This document shows positions 1 to 9,345 of a stretch of DNA of 32,000 bases, piece after piece. A model generated the notes under the pieces. That model worked only from the letters and a program-made list of their open reading frames with translations. It searched no databases and had not been told where the DNA came from. Both the position numbers and the translations under genes were made by a program. Source of the stretch: Paenibacillus jilunlii (GTDB taxonomy: Bacteria > Bacillota > Bacilli > Paenibacillales > Paenibacillaceae); NCBI RefSeq assembly GCF_900102965.1, contig NZ_FNGM01000005.1, positions 45,407-77,406 on the forward strand. The letters run 5' to 3'. Numbering within the stretch: position 1 is the stretch's first letter; every line of letters starts with the position of its first letter.

Positions 1-102
1 TGGTGTTAAGTGCATCAGTCCGAAGGTAATGCAGGAGATGCCAAGCAGCACGGGAATGATCTGCATCAGCCGCTGCAGCAGATAACGTAAAATGATATTC
101 AA
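1..102 (-). CDS. ABC transporter permease (Opp/Dpp-type), N-terminal 34 codons only; gene continues past window start
   Basis: Minus-strand reading from TTG at 102..100 is open to position 1. It gives (M)NIILRYLLQRLMQIIPVLLGISCITFGLMHLTP, the characteristic N-terminus and first TM helix of binding-protein-dependent peptide/nickel permeases. It is too short for the ORF track, and the start codon and RBS are weak. Confidence 0.5.
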   Translation of the reverse strand, partial: MNIILRYLLQRLMQIIPVLLGISCITFGLMHLTP

Positions 103-171
103 CCCCAATACTTATTCGTAATAATTACGATTATAGCATAAAGTTTTAAAATTAATAGTCTAAATTTGACG

Positions 172-207
172 TTCCAACAAAACATGGCCGCTCCAGGCGG
201 AGCGGCC
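172..207 (-). terminator. Rho-independent terminator downstream of the DUF1349 gene
   Basis: Perfect 9-bp stem GGCCGCTCC (186..194) / GGAGCGGCC (199..207) with a 4-nt loop. On the minus strand it is followed by ATGTTTTGTTGG. Confidence 0.65.
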
Positions 208-249
208 AACGATTAATATCAATATGCTTTTGTATTTCGATTTGGAAGC

Positions 250-855
250 TTATTCGCCTTCCCGGATATTTTTTACCGTTTTGTGGACCAATGAAAAGTT
301 CTGAAAAATCCGTTCTCCGCCTTGTCCAGTCGGTGCCTGGGCTACAAGCCCAACCTTAAGGGTCTGCCCCACCGGCAAGCTGAAAAACCGCATCATATAA
401 AACTTGATCCCATCGGGCGAATGGTGGAAAGAGAACGCATTATTTACTCTGGCAACCTGCAGCCATACCGTATTTCCGTTAATATTACAGCCATTGGCGT
501 CGTCTGAAGTATGATTGGTGACCACACTAACTACAGCGTGTGTGTCATAGTCTGTCTTTTCGAAGCAGGCTTTGGCCCATACCTGAAAGTCCTGCATCAC
601 CATAATTGTCGCCGAGTCATAAGTATCCTTGAAATCATGCGAAACCTGAACCCGCATCACAAAATCTCCGGTTACCTCTTTGTAATAAAAGGGGGCATTG
701 CATAGGCTCTCCGGGGTAATTCCTGTTTCGGAAACGGCACCATTATTACAGAAGAAATCTGTTTCCGCCGGTGCTTCAATCACCAGTTTGTCCTCTACAA
801 AGGTAGCCTTGCTTGGGTTAATCCACTTAAAATCATTAAAAATGGACTGCTGCAT
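250..855 (-). CDS. DUF1349-family protein (concanavalin-like beta-sandwich, function unknown)
   Basis: ORF 250..888 starts at a GTG with no RBS. I re-called it to ATG 855..853, which has GGAG (867..864) 8 nt upstream. The product starts MQQSIFNDFKWINPSK... The pattern F-W-N-P ... L-I-A ... TDFF ... DF ... YD-A-IMV ... VVT ... SD matches my recollection of the DUF1349 family signature. Confidence 0.6.
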   Translation of the reverse strand: MQQSIFNDFKWINPSKATFVEDKLVIEAPAETDFFCNNGAVSETGITPESLCNAPFYYKEVTGDFVMRVQVSHDFKDTYDSATIMVMQDFQVWAKACFEKTDYDTHAVVSVVTNHTSDDANGCNINGNTVWLQVARVNNAFSFHHSPDGIKFYMMRFFSLPVGQTLKVGLVAQAPTGQGGERIFQNFSLVHKTVKNIREGE

Positions 856-1074
856 TGGAATTTCTCCTTTGATTGTTTTTTCAACCACGGTAAGGACCTG
901 TCGCTCCGCATGGTTCTGTCTCTATTATACTTTAGTTCCGTATATTTCAAGCAATGTTTGTCATTGACTCCCAGCCAGCAGCTGCTAATCCTATTTCACT
1001 TTCATTTCATCTGCCTCCGGCAGTCTATAAAAATCCAATCCGAAATCGGCCAGAAAGGCAGATTAGTTTAGTCT

Positions 1075-3030
1075 CTATTTGCTTATACCATACCCGGCAA
1101 TCTTCCGGTAGATGGTCGATTTTCCGATCCCCAGCATCTTGGCTGCGGCCACAGCATTGCCGCCGCATGTTTTAAGCGCACTGCAAATGCTCTCCATCTC
1201 AATCTGCTCCATTTTTTTGGCGGGCGACTCCGCTGAAGACCTCTGCGGAACCGCTGCATTACCGCTGTTCGTGTGCTGCAGAGGCGAGGTCCGTGCAGGA
1301 GGCAAATCCAGATGGGTAATGTCAGCAGAGCTGCATACATAATAAGCCCGCTGCACGGCATTCTGAAGCTCGCGCGCATTTCCCGGCCACTCATAGCTCT
1401 GCAAGGTCTTCAGAAAGGAGGGGCTGAAACGTTTGGCCGGACCGGGATGATCACGGTTGCACTTCAGCAGGAACAGTCTCGCCAGCGGGGCGATATCCTC
1501 CCTGCGTTCCCTTAGCGGCAACAGCTTGATATTGATCACATTCAAGCGGTAATACAAGTCGCTGCGGTATGATTTCCGGCTCACTTCCTCCGCCAGATCG
1601 CGGTTGGTGGCTGCAATGACTCTTACATCCAGCGTCCGCTCATGCTTGCCCCCGATTCTGCGGACCTTATGGTTATCCAGGACACGGAGCAGCTTTGCCT
1701 GAATTTCCAGCGGCAGTTCCCCGATTTCATCCAGAAAAATAGTCCCCCCGTGCGCCAGTTCAAACTTCCCCGGGTTGCCCTCCCGGAGCGCCCCTGTAAA
1801 GGAGCCTTTCTCGTATCCGAACAGCTCGCTCTCTACCAAATCTTTGGGGAGGGCAGCGCAGTTGATGGCAATAAACGGTCCACCGGCCCGCAGACTGGCA
1901 TTATGAATCGATTGGGCAAACAGCTCCTTGCCCGTTCCGCTCTCCCCTTCGATCAGCACCGTACAGTTTGTCTTCGCTATTCTCTGCGCAAATGCGATTT
2001 GTCCCTGCATATAGGAATTGTCCGTGATGACTTCCGCGAACCGGTAATTCGCTTTGAAGCCGGCCAGTTGGTTGACCTCTTTACGCACCTGCCCGGCTTC
2101 CCGGATCGTGAGCGAAGCGCCCAGAATCTTGTCATCGAAGGTGAACGGATAGATGTTCACCATACAATCGATCTTGTTGCTGCCTACGGTGAGCGTACAA
2201 TCGGCGTAGCTTAAATACCGCTCGCCGGCGAACACACTCTCCAAATCGACTTCTTTCAGCAGCTCCTTGATACTCAAGGCTTCCATTTGCTCCTGGCTAA
2301 GCATAAAGATGGAGGCCAGTCTTTCATTATAATGCCGCACGCGGTATCCGGTATCAATAACAAGCAGACCGTCCTGCATGGACTGGAAGACGGCATGCAT
2401 CATTTGGCTCGCTTCCAGCATATGGAGCTGCTTCTCGATACTGCTGACCGCCGATACAACAACGCCGAACGTATGGGCATGAACATCCTCCGCCTTGCCA
2501 GACAGGTCCAGGCAGCCAATCACGTTGCCCCGGCTGTCATGAACCGGTGCAGCCGAACAGGTCCAGGCATGATGCGACGTGCAGTAATGCTCGCTGCCCA
2601 GCACCTGAACCGCATCATTGACAGCCAGCGCGGTACCCACCGCATTGGTGCCTACGCTGAGCTCATCCCATTTGGCCCCTTCCACGAAATTCACCTTGAC
2701 ACATTCCGGTTCGAGCTCCTTATTGAGCACCGTGTGCAGGAGAACACCGTCCTGATCGGTCAGGACAATTGCATATACCGTATCCTTGATGATCTGATAG
2801 ATGCTGTCCATAACCGGCTTGGCAACGGAAAGAAGCTGCTTCTTCTCCTGCAGGCGGGAAGCCAGTTCCTCTTCCGATACCTGCAATCCCTTGCCGCTCA
2901 TCGGATCGACTCCAGCCTCACGGCATCTTCTCCATGAAGCGGCTATGACCGGCTTTGTCCCGGCGGCACACTCGCCGCTGGATATGAAATGTTCCCAGTT
3001 CCCAAGCAATTGCGCATAGCTGGTTCGCAT
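1075..3030 (-). CDS. acoR: Sigma-54-dependent transcriptional activator of acetoin catabolism (AcoR-type enhancer-binding protein)
   Basis: 651 aa. The central AAA+ sigma-54 interaction domain has Walker A GESGTGKE and a GAFTGA-type loop EKGSFTGA. There is a C-terminal Fis-type HTH (GKSTIYRKI) and an N-terminal GAF/PAS-like sensor region. RBS AAAGGAG lies upstream of ATG 3030. The gene lies downstream of acoABCL, as acoR does in B. subtilis. Confidence 0.85.
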   Translation of the reverse strand: MRTSYAQLLGNWEHFISSGECAAGTKPVIAASWRRCREAGVDPMSGKGLQVSEEELASRLQEKKQLLSVAKPVMDSIYQIIKDTVYAIVLTDQDGVLLHTVLNKELEPECVKVNFVEGAKWDELSVGTNAVGTALAVNDAVQVLGSEHYCTSHHAWTCSAAPVHDSRGNVIGCLDLSGKAEDVHAHTFGVVVSAVSSIEKQLHMLEASQMMHAVFQSMQDGLLVIDTGYRVRHYNERLASIFMLSQEQMEALSIKELLKEVDLESVFAGERYLSYADCTLTVGSNKIDCMVNIYPFTFDDKILGASLTIREAGQVRKEVNQLAGFKANYRFAEVITDNSYMQGQIAFAQRIAKTNCTVLIEGESGTGKELFAQSIHNASLRAGGPFIAINCAALPKDLVESELFGYEKGSFTGALREGNPGKFELAHGGTIFLDEIGELPLEIQAKLLRVLDNHKVRRIGGKHERTLDVRVIAATNRDLAEEVSRKSYRSDLYYRLNVINIKLLPLRERREDIAPLARLFLLKCNRDHPGPAKRFSPSFLKTLQSYEWPGNARELQNAVQRAYYVCSSADITHLDLPPARTSPLQHTNSGNAAVPQRSSAESPAKKMEQIEMESICSALKTCGGNAVAAAKMLGIGKSTIYRKIAGYGISK

Positions 3031-3061
3031 GTCTACAGCTCCTTTCTATCGCCTGCAGCGC

Positions 3062-4348
3062 CTATACTGGATATTCACGTCTGCCCGGAGCAGAGGCAAT
3101 CCGCATGGATTCCCTGTACTTGGCAACCGTCCGGCGGGAGATGACCGCGCCTTGCTCAAGCAGAAGCTCAGCGATCCGGCGGTCGCTGTAGGCTGCCTGC
3201 TTATCTTCTCCCTCTATAAGTTCGCGGATGACCCGCTTCAAGGCATCCGGTGTCCAACCGCTGTCTTCCCCCGCAATACCGGAAGGAAAAAAATATTTCA
3301 GCTCAAAGGTTCCCCATACACATTGCATATACTTGCCCCGAACCGCCCGGCTTACCGTTGACTCATGAAGATCCAGCTCTTCGGCTATCCTGCCGAGCGT
3401 TAAGGGAACGAGATAATCCTGACCTCTTTCAAAAAAAGGCCGCTGCAGCCTAACAATGGCGCCGGCCACGCGGCACAAAGTCTTCCTGCGTTCTTCGAGG
3501 CATTTCATGATCCAGCTTGCCTGTTCGTTCTTCTCCCGCAGATAGCGGAGCGTTTCTTCGTCGCCGCTCAGGCTGAGCAGGCGTTGATAGCTCTCGGCAA
3601 AGGTAATCTGCGGGCAGGACAAGGGATGCGCGGCGGCTTCATGCGAGCCGTTCTTCTTCATAACATACACATCCGGTACAATGTATACCGCTGATTCCCC
3701 GTTATCCAAGGCATTCGCGGGACGGGGGTTCAAGGATTTAATCACACTGTATGCTTCCTGAATGCCCTTTAGGGAAGTTCTCAATTCCTTGGCAACACGG
3801 ACCAGCTGATTGCCGCCCAGCTGCTCAAGATGGTGTTCGATCAGCAGCCGTAATAAAGGCGTCATTCTGCCGGAGTGCTCCAGCTGCAGCAGCAGACACT
3901 CCTGCAAATTCCTGGCGCCGACTCCGTACGGCTCCAGGGACTGTACGCGACTCAGTCCAGCTTCTATAACCTGACAGCCGACTCCCAGTTCAGCTGCAAC
4001 CACCCCTACCTGTTCCGCAAAATATCCGTTATCATCCAAGCAGCCAATCAGATAGGCCGCAAGGAGCCGCTCACTCTTGGTCAGCGGCAGCAGTGCTAAT
4101 TGCGACCGCAGATGATCCTGCAGATTGTGGCGTGGACCGGCCGCATACTGCAGCAAATGCTGCGTGCTTTTACAGCCCTTAACGCTGCTGCCGCCCCAAG
4201 AATACTGCACCTCAATCAACGGATTCTCCTCTGACAACCGGTGTACGTATTGGTCCAGCTCTTGCGAGTCCATTTGCAGCACCTCGACGGATTGCCGCAG
4301 CCCGGGAGACAAACCCATTCGTTGCTTGGTATCCAAAACCAGCCTCAT
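3062..4348 (-). CDS. sigL: RNA polymerase sigma-54 factor (SigL/RpoN)
   Basis: ORF 3062..4363 starts at TTG. I re-called it to ATG 4348..4346, preceded by GAGGGGTGA. It has the C-terminal RpoN box ISRRTVAKYRE, an upstream HTH, and an N-terminal region-I-like segment LSPGLRQSVEVLQM. Length is 428 aa. Confidence 0.9.
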   Translation of the reverse strand: MRLVLDTKQRMGLSPGLRQSVEVLQMDSQELDQYVHRLSEENPLIEVQYSWGGSSVKGCKSTQHLLQYAAGPRHNLQDHLRSQLALLPLTKSERLLAAYLIGCLDDNGYFAEQVGVVAAELGVGCQVIEAGLSRVQSLEPYGVGARNLQECLLLQLEHSGRMTPLLRLLIEHHLEQLGGNQLVRVAKELRTSLKGIQEAYSVIKSLNPRPANALDNGESAVYIVPDVYVMKKNGSHEAAAHPLSCPQITFAESYQRLLSLSGDEETLRYLREKNEQASWIMKCLEERRKTLCRVAGAIVRLQRPFFERGQDYLVPLTLGRIAEELDLHESTVSRAVRGKYMQCVWGTFELKYFFPSGIAGEDSGWTPDALKRVIRELIEGEDKQAAYSDRRIAELLLEQGAVISRRTVAKYRESMRIASAPGRREYPV

Positions 4349-4365
4349 TTGCTCACCCCTCAAAC

Positions 4366-4380
4366 TGTATGCGCTTACAT
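4366..4380 (-). promoter_or_regulatory. Candidate catabolite-responsive element (cre, CcpA site) in the sigL leader
   Basis: The minus strand reads ATGTAAGCGCATACA, which fits the degenerate cre consensus WTGNAANCGNWNNCW at every constrained position. It lies between a TATAAT hexamer (4397..4392) and the sigL RBS. Confidence 0.45.
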
Positions 4381-4421
4381 ATTCTTTCTCTATTATAAAA
4401 CGCCATAGAGTCCAATAAAGG

Positions 4422-4491
4422 CAAATACGATGAACTTAATATGACAATCCGCAGGCAAACCGGGATCAGCATACTCTGTTCATCGTATTTG
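4422..4491. repeat. Perfect 14-bp inverted repeat in the acoL-sigL spacer
   Basis: CAAATACGATGAAC (4422..4435) and GTTCATCGTATTTG (4478..4491) are exact reverse complements separated by 42 nt. On the minus strand the stem is followed by CCTTTATTGG, a weak U-tract. Confidence 0.8.
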
Positions 4492-4521
4492 AATTAGCAC
4501 CGGAGGATTGAAGGCTATTCG

Positions 4522-5910
4522 TTAAACGTGAAGATGAATGGCCCGGCCATGAACAGCATGAGCGGCTTCATGCAGCGATTCCGCTACAGTCGGATGGGCG
4601 TGAATGGTGGTCACAATCTCCTCCAGTGTTGCTTCAAGGCGAATCGCCAGCGCTCCTTCCACAATGATGTCCGTTGCCCGTGGCCCGGCAATGTGCAGCC
4701 CCAGAATTTCATCATTGCCCGCGTCCACAACATACTTCACCAGCCCGCTGCTCTCACCCATAATCATGGATTTGGCATTGGCCTGAAGCGGGAATATGCC
4801 TGTCTTCACCCGGTATCCCTGCCGTTTGGCCTCTGCCTCCGTCATTCCTACGGATGCCAGCTCAGGCCGTGTGTAGACACAGGAAGGAACCGTTCTGAAA
4901 TCAACCGGCGAGGGCTCACCCATAATCGCTTCCGCAGCTATAACCCCTTCAGCGGAGGCTACATGAGCCAGCATGATTCCTCCAATGCAATCTCCGATAG
5001 CGTAGATGCCCGGTATGCAGGTCTCCATACTCCGGTTAACCTGGATTGCACCGCGGGTAAGCTGTACCCCGATGTCCTCCAGTCCCAGGCCCGCAGTCAC
5101 TGGTCTCCGGCCGATGGACAGCAGCACTTTATCCGCTTCTATAACATGGTTGCCGTTCCCGGAGGAAGTGACTACCCGCAGTCCCGCCGCCGACTGCTCG
5201 ATTCTCTCCACCTTGGTCTCTGTGTGCACCTCAATGCCGGAGCTTGCGAATTCCTTCCGCAGGCACTGCACAATATCCCTGTCCATGGCCGCAATCAGTT
5301 CGGGCAGCATCTCAATAACCGTAACCTTGCAGCCCAGGCTGCTGTAGATACTGGCGAACTCGCAGCCGATCACCCCTCCGCCAATAATGCAAAGGCTCTC
5401 CGGTGCCGCAGGAAGCGAGAGTGCTTGATCGCTTGTAACAACCCCTTCCAGCTCTATGCCGGGAATAGGCACGACCGATGGCTCTGAACCGGTAGCAATA
5501 ATCGCCCGGTCGAATCCAAGTATGCGGACACTGCCATCTGCTGCGGTTACTTCCAGCTCACGGCCACTGATAAATTTGCCGGAGCCGCCCAGCCTGGCAA
5601 TCTTGTTTTTTTTGAGCAGCGTCTCGATGCCGCCCGTGTTCATTCTGATGATTTTATCTTTGCGTTTCTGCAGCTGGCCCCAGTTCACAGAGACCTCCGC
5701 CGTCTCAATGCCCAGCTCCTTGCCTTCCCGCTTCAGGTGTGTGTACAGCTCCGTGGAATGAAGCAGCACTTTGGTTGGTATGCAGCCGACATTAAGGCAG
5801 GTCCCGCCCAAAGCCTTTTTCTCCACAAGTGTAACTTCCGCTCCCAATTGGGCAGCCCGTATGGCTGCCACGTATCCGCCCGGTCCGCCTCCAAGCACAA
5901 CGATCCTCAT
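4522..5910 (-). CDS. acoL: Dihydrolipoyl dehydrogenase (E3) of the acetoin dehydrogenase complex
   Basis: ORF 4522..6036 was re-called to ATG 5910..5908 (RBS GAAGGAGAG). This gives the FAD-binding N-terminus MRIVVLGGGPGGYVAA. The redox-active disulfide motif GGTCLNVGCIPTK is present. Length is 462 aa. The longer ORF-track start would overlap acoC. Confidence 0.9.
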   Translation of the reverse strand: MRIVVLGGGPGGYVAAIRAAQLGAEVTLVEKKALGGTCLNVGCIPTKVLLHSTELYTHLKREGKELGIETAEVSVNWGQLQKRKDKIIRMNTGGIETLLKKNKIARLGGSGKFISGRELEVTAADGSVRILGFDRAIIATGSEPSVVPIPGIELEGVVTSDQALSLPAAPESLCIIGGGVIGCEFASIYSSLGCKVTVIEMLPELIAAMDRDIVQCLRKEFASSGIEVHTETKVERIEQSAAGLRVVTSSGNGNHVIEADKVLLSIGRRPVTAGLGLEDIGVQLTRGAIQVNRSMETCIPGIYAIGDCIGGIMLAHVASAEGVIAAEAIMGEPSPVDFRTVPSCVYTRPELASVGMTEAEAKRQGYRVKTGIFPLQANAKSMIMGESSGLVKYVVDAGNDEILGLHIAGPRATDIIVEGALAIRLEATLEEIVTTIHAHPTVAESLHEAAHAVHGRAIHLHV

Positions 5911-5962
5911 GGTTCTCTCTCCTTCTATGTTTTGTGAGCATCCGCTCCGGAAGCATAGCCAC

Positions 5963-7306
5963 TCACAGGAGCAGCAGTGCCGGTTTTTCTGCATAGGCTT
6001 TGATTTTTTGCATAAATTGTGCCGCAACCGCTCCATCCACAGCTCTGTGGTCAGCAGTCAGGCTGAGGTTCATCAAGGGTCTGATGACGATCTCTCCATT
6101 GACGGCAACCGGGGTATCCACGATGGCATTAACGCCCAGAATGGCAACCTCAGGCTGATTGATAATCGGCGAAAAGGACTCCATGCCGTACATACCCAGA
6201 TTGGTAATGGTAAAGGTGCCTCCCGTCAACTCCTCGGAGGTCAGGCTGTTATTTCTGGCTCCTGCCGCCAGCCGTTTCACTTCCTGCGATATTTCAGCCA
6301 GTCCTTTGTGGCTGGCGTTCTTAACCACAGGGACAATAAGTCCCTCCTCCAGTCCCACGGCTACTCCGATGTTGGCATAATTCCGCATAACAAACTCCGT
6401 GCCTTCAATAGAACAATTCAGGAGCGGAAACTCCAGCAGTGCCTTGGCTGCAATACTGACCAGCAGATCAGTATAAGTAACCTTGAGTGTATCCTTCAGC
6501 TGCTGTCTCAGGACACCCAGAGCGGTTGTATCCAGCCTCATATTGTAGGTTACAGCCGGAGAAACCGCCTGGCTCTCCAGCATCCGCTTGGCGATGATTC
6601 TGCGCATGCTGTTCATCGGCACCCGCGTGATTTCCTGTACAGCTGCCTGTACCGCCGGCTGCACAGCTGTCTTACTGGAGGCTGCCGCGAAGGAACGGAT
6701 ATCCTCCTTCATAATTCTTCCTTCCTTATGGAGCCCGGAAGGATCAATGCCTAAGGCTGCCGCTTCTATGGCTGCCGCCGGGGATATTTTCACTTTAGCC
6801 ACGGCTCCGCTGCCGCCTTCTGCGTCACGCACATCTCCTGCGGTAATTCTGCCCTGCGGCCCGCTGCCCCTCACCTGACGCAGATCAACGGATAACAGCG
6901 CGGCTGTCTTCTTCGCATACGGCGAAGCTATGATTCGGCCACCGTCGGCAGGAACCGCCGCTTCACCCGCTGCGGCTGCGGCCGCCCCGGCTTCCGCCGG
7001 AGTTCCCGCCTGCTCAGGCGCGGGTACCACCGCCGGCACGCCGCCGCCAAGCAGAGCGGAAATGTCCTCATTGGCATCGCCGATGACGGCTACCGGCCGG
7101 AAGATGTCCACAGTGCCTTCCTCTACAATAATTTTCCGCAGCACTCCGCTAAGCTTCGCCTCAACTTCATTGGAGATTTTGTCTGTCTCCACATCAAACA
7201 GGATTTCCCCTTGGGCCACGGTGTCCCCCTCGGCTTTTCGCCAATTGGAGATTGTCCCTTCGGTCATAGTGAGCCCTAATTTGGGCATTACGATAAGTTC
7301 AGCCAT
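5963..7306 (-). CDS. acoC: Dihydrolipoyllysine-residue acetyltransferase (E2) of the acetoin dehydrogenase complex
   Basis: It contains a lipoyl domain (VETDKISNEVEA), an Ala/Pro-rich linker, an E3-binding segment (ASPYAKK) and the catalytic motif DHRAVDG. The start was re-called to ATG 7306..7304 with RBS GGAGGTG, giving MAELIVMPKLG. Confidence 0.9.
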   Translation of the reverse strand: MAELIVMPKLGLTMTEGTISNWRKAEGDTVAQGEILFDVETDKISNEVEAKLSGVLRKIIVEEGTVDIFRPVAVIGDANEDISALLGGGVPAVVPAPEQAGTPAEAGAAAAAAGEAAVPADGGRIIASPYAKKTAALLSVDLRQVRGSGPQGRITAGDVRDAEGGSGAVAKVKISPAAAIEAAALGIDPSGLHKEGRIMKEDIRSFAAASSKTAVQPAVQAAVQEITRVPMNSMRRIIAKRMLESQAVSPAVTYNMRLDTTALGVLRQQLKDTLKVTYTDLLVSIAAKALLEFPLLNCSIEGTEFVMRNYANIGVAVGLEEGLIVPVVKNASHKGLAEISQEVKRLAAGARNNSLTSEELTGGTFTITNLGMYGMESFSPIINQPEVAILGVNAIVDTPVAVNGEIVIRPLMNLSLTADHRAVDGAVAAQFMQKIKAYAEKPALLLL

Positions 7307-7350
7307 TGTGCACCTCCGCAAGTTTGCTTATTGACGTTTCTTGGGACTGG

Positions 7351-8322
7351 TCAGAACATGCTCTTGATGCCCTGAATAATGTCTTCCGTATTTGGCAGCA
7401 CATAGGCTTCCAGTGCGGGAGAATAAGGGACGGGGGTATTCAGTGCGCCAATTCGGACAACAGGAGCATCCAGCTCATCAAAACACAGCTCCGAGATCAT
7501 GGCGGACAGCTCGCCCCCGAACCCGCCCCGCTTCACTTCTTCGGTGACAACAAGCGCCCGGTGCGTCTTGGCGACTGAAGTGAATATCGTTTCCTTGTCC
7601 AGCGGATAGAGCGAGCGCAGATCAATAACCTCCGCTTCAATTCCCTCTTCAGCCAGTACTTTCGCAGCAGTCAGCGCATCTTCCACTTGCTTGCCGTACG
7701 TAATAATGGATACGTCGCTTCCTTCTCTCTTGACACTGGCTACGCCAAAAGGAATCGCGGCAACCGTGTCGTCCACCTCGTATTTTTTCGAATACAGAAT
7801 CTTGCTCTCGATATAGACCACCGGATTGTCATCTTCAATCGCAGTCAGCATCATTCCCCAGGCATCCTGGGCGTTGGAAGGATAGACCACCTTGAGTCCC
7901 GGAACATGTGTAACCCAGGCCTCCAGCGACCCGGAGTGCTGTGCCCCCGCACTGATTCCGCCCCCTGCCGGCAGCCGCAGCACAAGCGGTACGGAGATTT
8001 TGCCGCCGAACATGTATCTCATCTTCGCAGCCTGATTTACCAGTCCGTCCATGCCAAAGGTCAGAAAGTCAATGAACATCAGCTCAGCCACGGGTCTGAG
8101 CCCTGTTGCCGCAGCCCCCACGGAAGCTCCGACAATGATTCCTTCAGAAATCGGGGTATCCCGCACCCGCTCCTCGCCGAATTGCTCCCAGAGTCCCTTC
8201 GTTACCCCAAAGGTTCCTCCATACGGCCCGACATCCTCTCCAAGCAATACCACATTCGGGTCCTCCAGCATTTTGCTGCGCATTCCTTCACGGATCCCTT
8301 CACCATAGGTCATTTTTCTCAT
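7351..8322 (-). CDS. acoB: Acetoin:DCPIP oxidoreductase / TPP-dependent E1 beta subunit
   Basis: 323 aa with transketolase-like pyrimidine-binding and C-terminal domains. ATG 8322..8320 overlaps the acoA stop (ATGA), which suggests translational coupling. Confidence 0.9.
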   Translation of the reverse strand: MRKMTYGEGIREGMRSKMLEDPNVVLLGEDVGPYGGTFGVTKGLWEQFGEERVRDTPISEGIIVGASVGAAATGLRPVAELMFIDFLTFGMDGLVNQAAKMRYMFGGKISVPLVLRLPAGGGISAGAQHSGSLEAWVTHVPGLKVVYPSNAQDAWGMMLTAIEDDNPVVYIESKILYSKKYEVDDTVAAIPFGVASVKREGSDVSIITYGKQVEDALTAAKVLAEEGIEAEVIDLRSLYPLDKETIFTSVAKTHRALVVTEEVKRGGFGGELSAMISELCFDELDAPVVRIGALNTPVPYSPALEAYVLPNTEDIIQGIKSMF

Positions 8323-9305
8323 CTGCTGCGCGCCTCCTCAACGATATCGGAATAAATACCTTGAACCGAAGCTTCCAGGGCCGGATAACCGCTGGCAAAA
8401 GCGAAATCAAGCGCCTCCTGGATCTCCCCGTCAACCTCAGTCCCGATCTGTTTTAACTCGTCCGCCGTCATCAGCTTGTTCTCCATAAGGTACTTCTCAA
8501 ATCTGGGGATCGGGTCCTTTTGCAGCCAGGCCTCCACTTCTTCCTTCGGTCTATAAGCTCCGGGATCACCTTCAAAGTGGCCATGCTGTCTGTACGTTTT
8601 GAATTCCAGCAGGGTAGGACCTTCGCCGTTTCTTGCCCGCTGTACGGCCTCTTGCACATGTTCATACACCGTAATCACGTCGTTACCGTCAGCCGTAAGG
8701 GAAGGCATACAATAGCCCTCGCCCCGTTTCGCAATGTCCTTGATTGTCTGGTGTCTGGCCTGACTGACCGATATCCCGTAGAGATTGTTCTCGCATACAA
8801 AAATAACCGGCAGCTTCCAGAGGCTCGCTAAATTCATCGCTTCATGAAAAGTGCTCTGATTGGTAGATGCATCTCCAAAAAAACACACGCTGACCTGATC
8901 GCTTCCTCTATAACTTGCGCTCCACGCGGCCCCGGTTGCAATCAGGTGGCCCGCACCGACAATTCCGTTGGCGCCGAGTATGCCCAGCTCCGCGTCCGCA
9001 ATATGCATCGAACCGCCTTTGCCTTTACAATAGCCGGTTTCCTTGCCGAACAGCTCTGCCATCATATATTTCAGATTTCCGCCCTTGGCGACGATATGTC
9101 CATGCCCCCGGTGGGTGCTCGTAATATAATCGTCATCCCGCAGATTGGCGCAGGCCCCGACGGCGATTGCCTCTTCCCCGATATAAAGATGGACAAAGCC
9201 CGGTATTTTCCCTTCTGCAAAAAAGGTCGATGCCGTCTTTTCAAATTTCCGGATACTTAACATCTTCCGGTACATCCCGCTAAGCAATTCTTTTGTAATC
9301 CGCAA
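8319..9305 (-). CDS. acoA: Acetoin:DCPIP oxidoreductase / TPP-dependent E1 alpha subunit
   Basis: ORF 8319..9362 was re-called to in-frame TTG 9305..9303, with GGAGGG (9317..9312) 6 nt upstream. The product starts MRITKELLSGMYRKMLSIRKFE..., which matches the recalled B. subtilis AcoA N-terminus (MKLLTKEEAVKMYRTMLDIRNFE). The ORF-track ATG at 9362 lies inside the sigma-54 promoter. A TPP-binding region GDASTNQSTFHEAMNLA...ENN is present. Confidence 0.9.
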   Translation of the reverse strand: MRITKELLSGMYRKMLSIRKFEKTASTFFAEGKIPGFVHLYIGEEAIAVGACANLRDDDYITSTHRGHGHIVAKGGNLKYMMAELFGKETGYCKGKGGSMHIADAELGILGANGIVGAGHLIATGAAWSASYRGSDQVSVCFFGDASTNQSTFHEAMNLASLWKLPVIFVCENNLYGISVSQARHQTIKDIAKRGEGYCMPSLTADGNDVITVYEHVQEAVQRARNGEGPTLLEFKTYRQHGHFEGDPGAYRPKEEVEAWLQKDPIPRFEKYLMENKLMTADELKQIGTEVDGEIQEALDFAFASGYPALEASVQGIYSDIVEEARSR

Positions 9306-9345
9306 GTGAATCCCTCCTCTTGATTTGGCCCTCACCTCTATACCG

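Noticed and set aside
117-129. Palindrome CGTAAT-A-ATTACG just upstream of the partial permease gene.
   Set aside because: It is short and AT-rich in an AT-rich spacer, so chance occurrence is plausible. The regulated gene is mostly outside the window, so no case can be made.
4528-5487. 319-aa plus-strand ORF antisense to acoL. Similar long antisense ORFs occur at 5771..6754 (327 aa), 1642..2214, 2287..2937, 7687..8355 and 13881..14330.
   Set aside because: These are shadow ORFs on the strand opposite well-supported, motif-bearing genes in GC-rich DNA. Their translations are low-complexity and Arg/Ser/Pro-rich, with no recognisable motifs or RBS.
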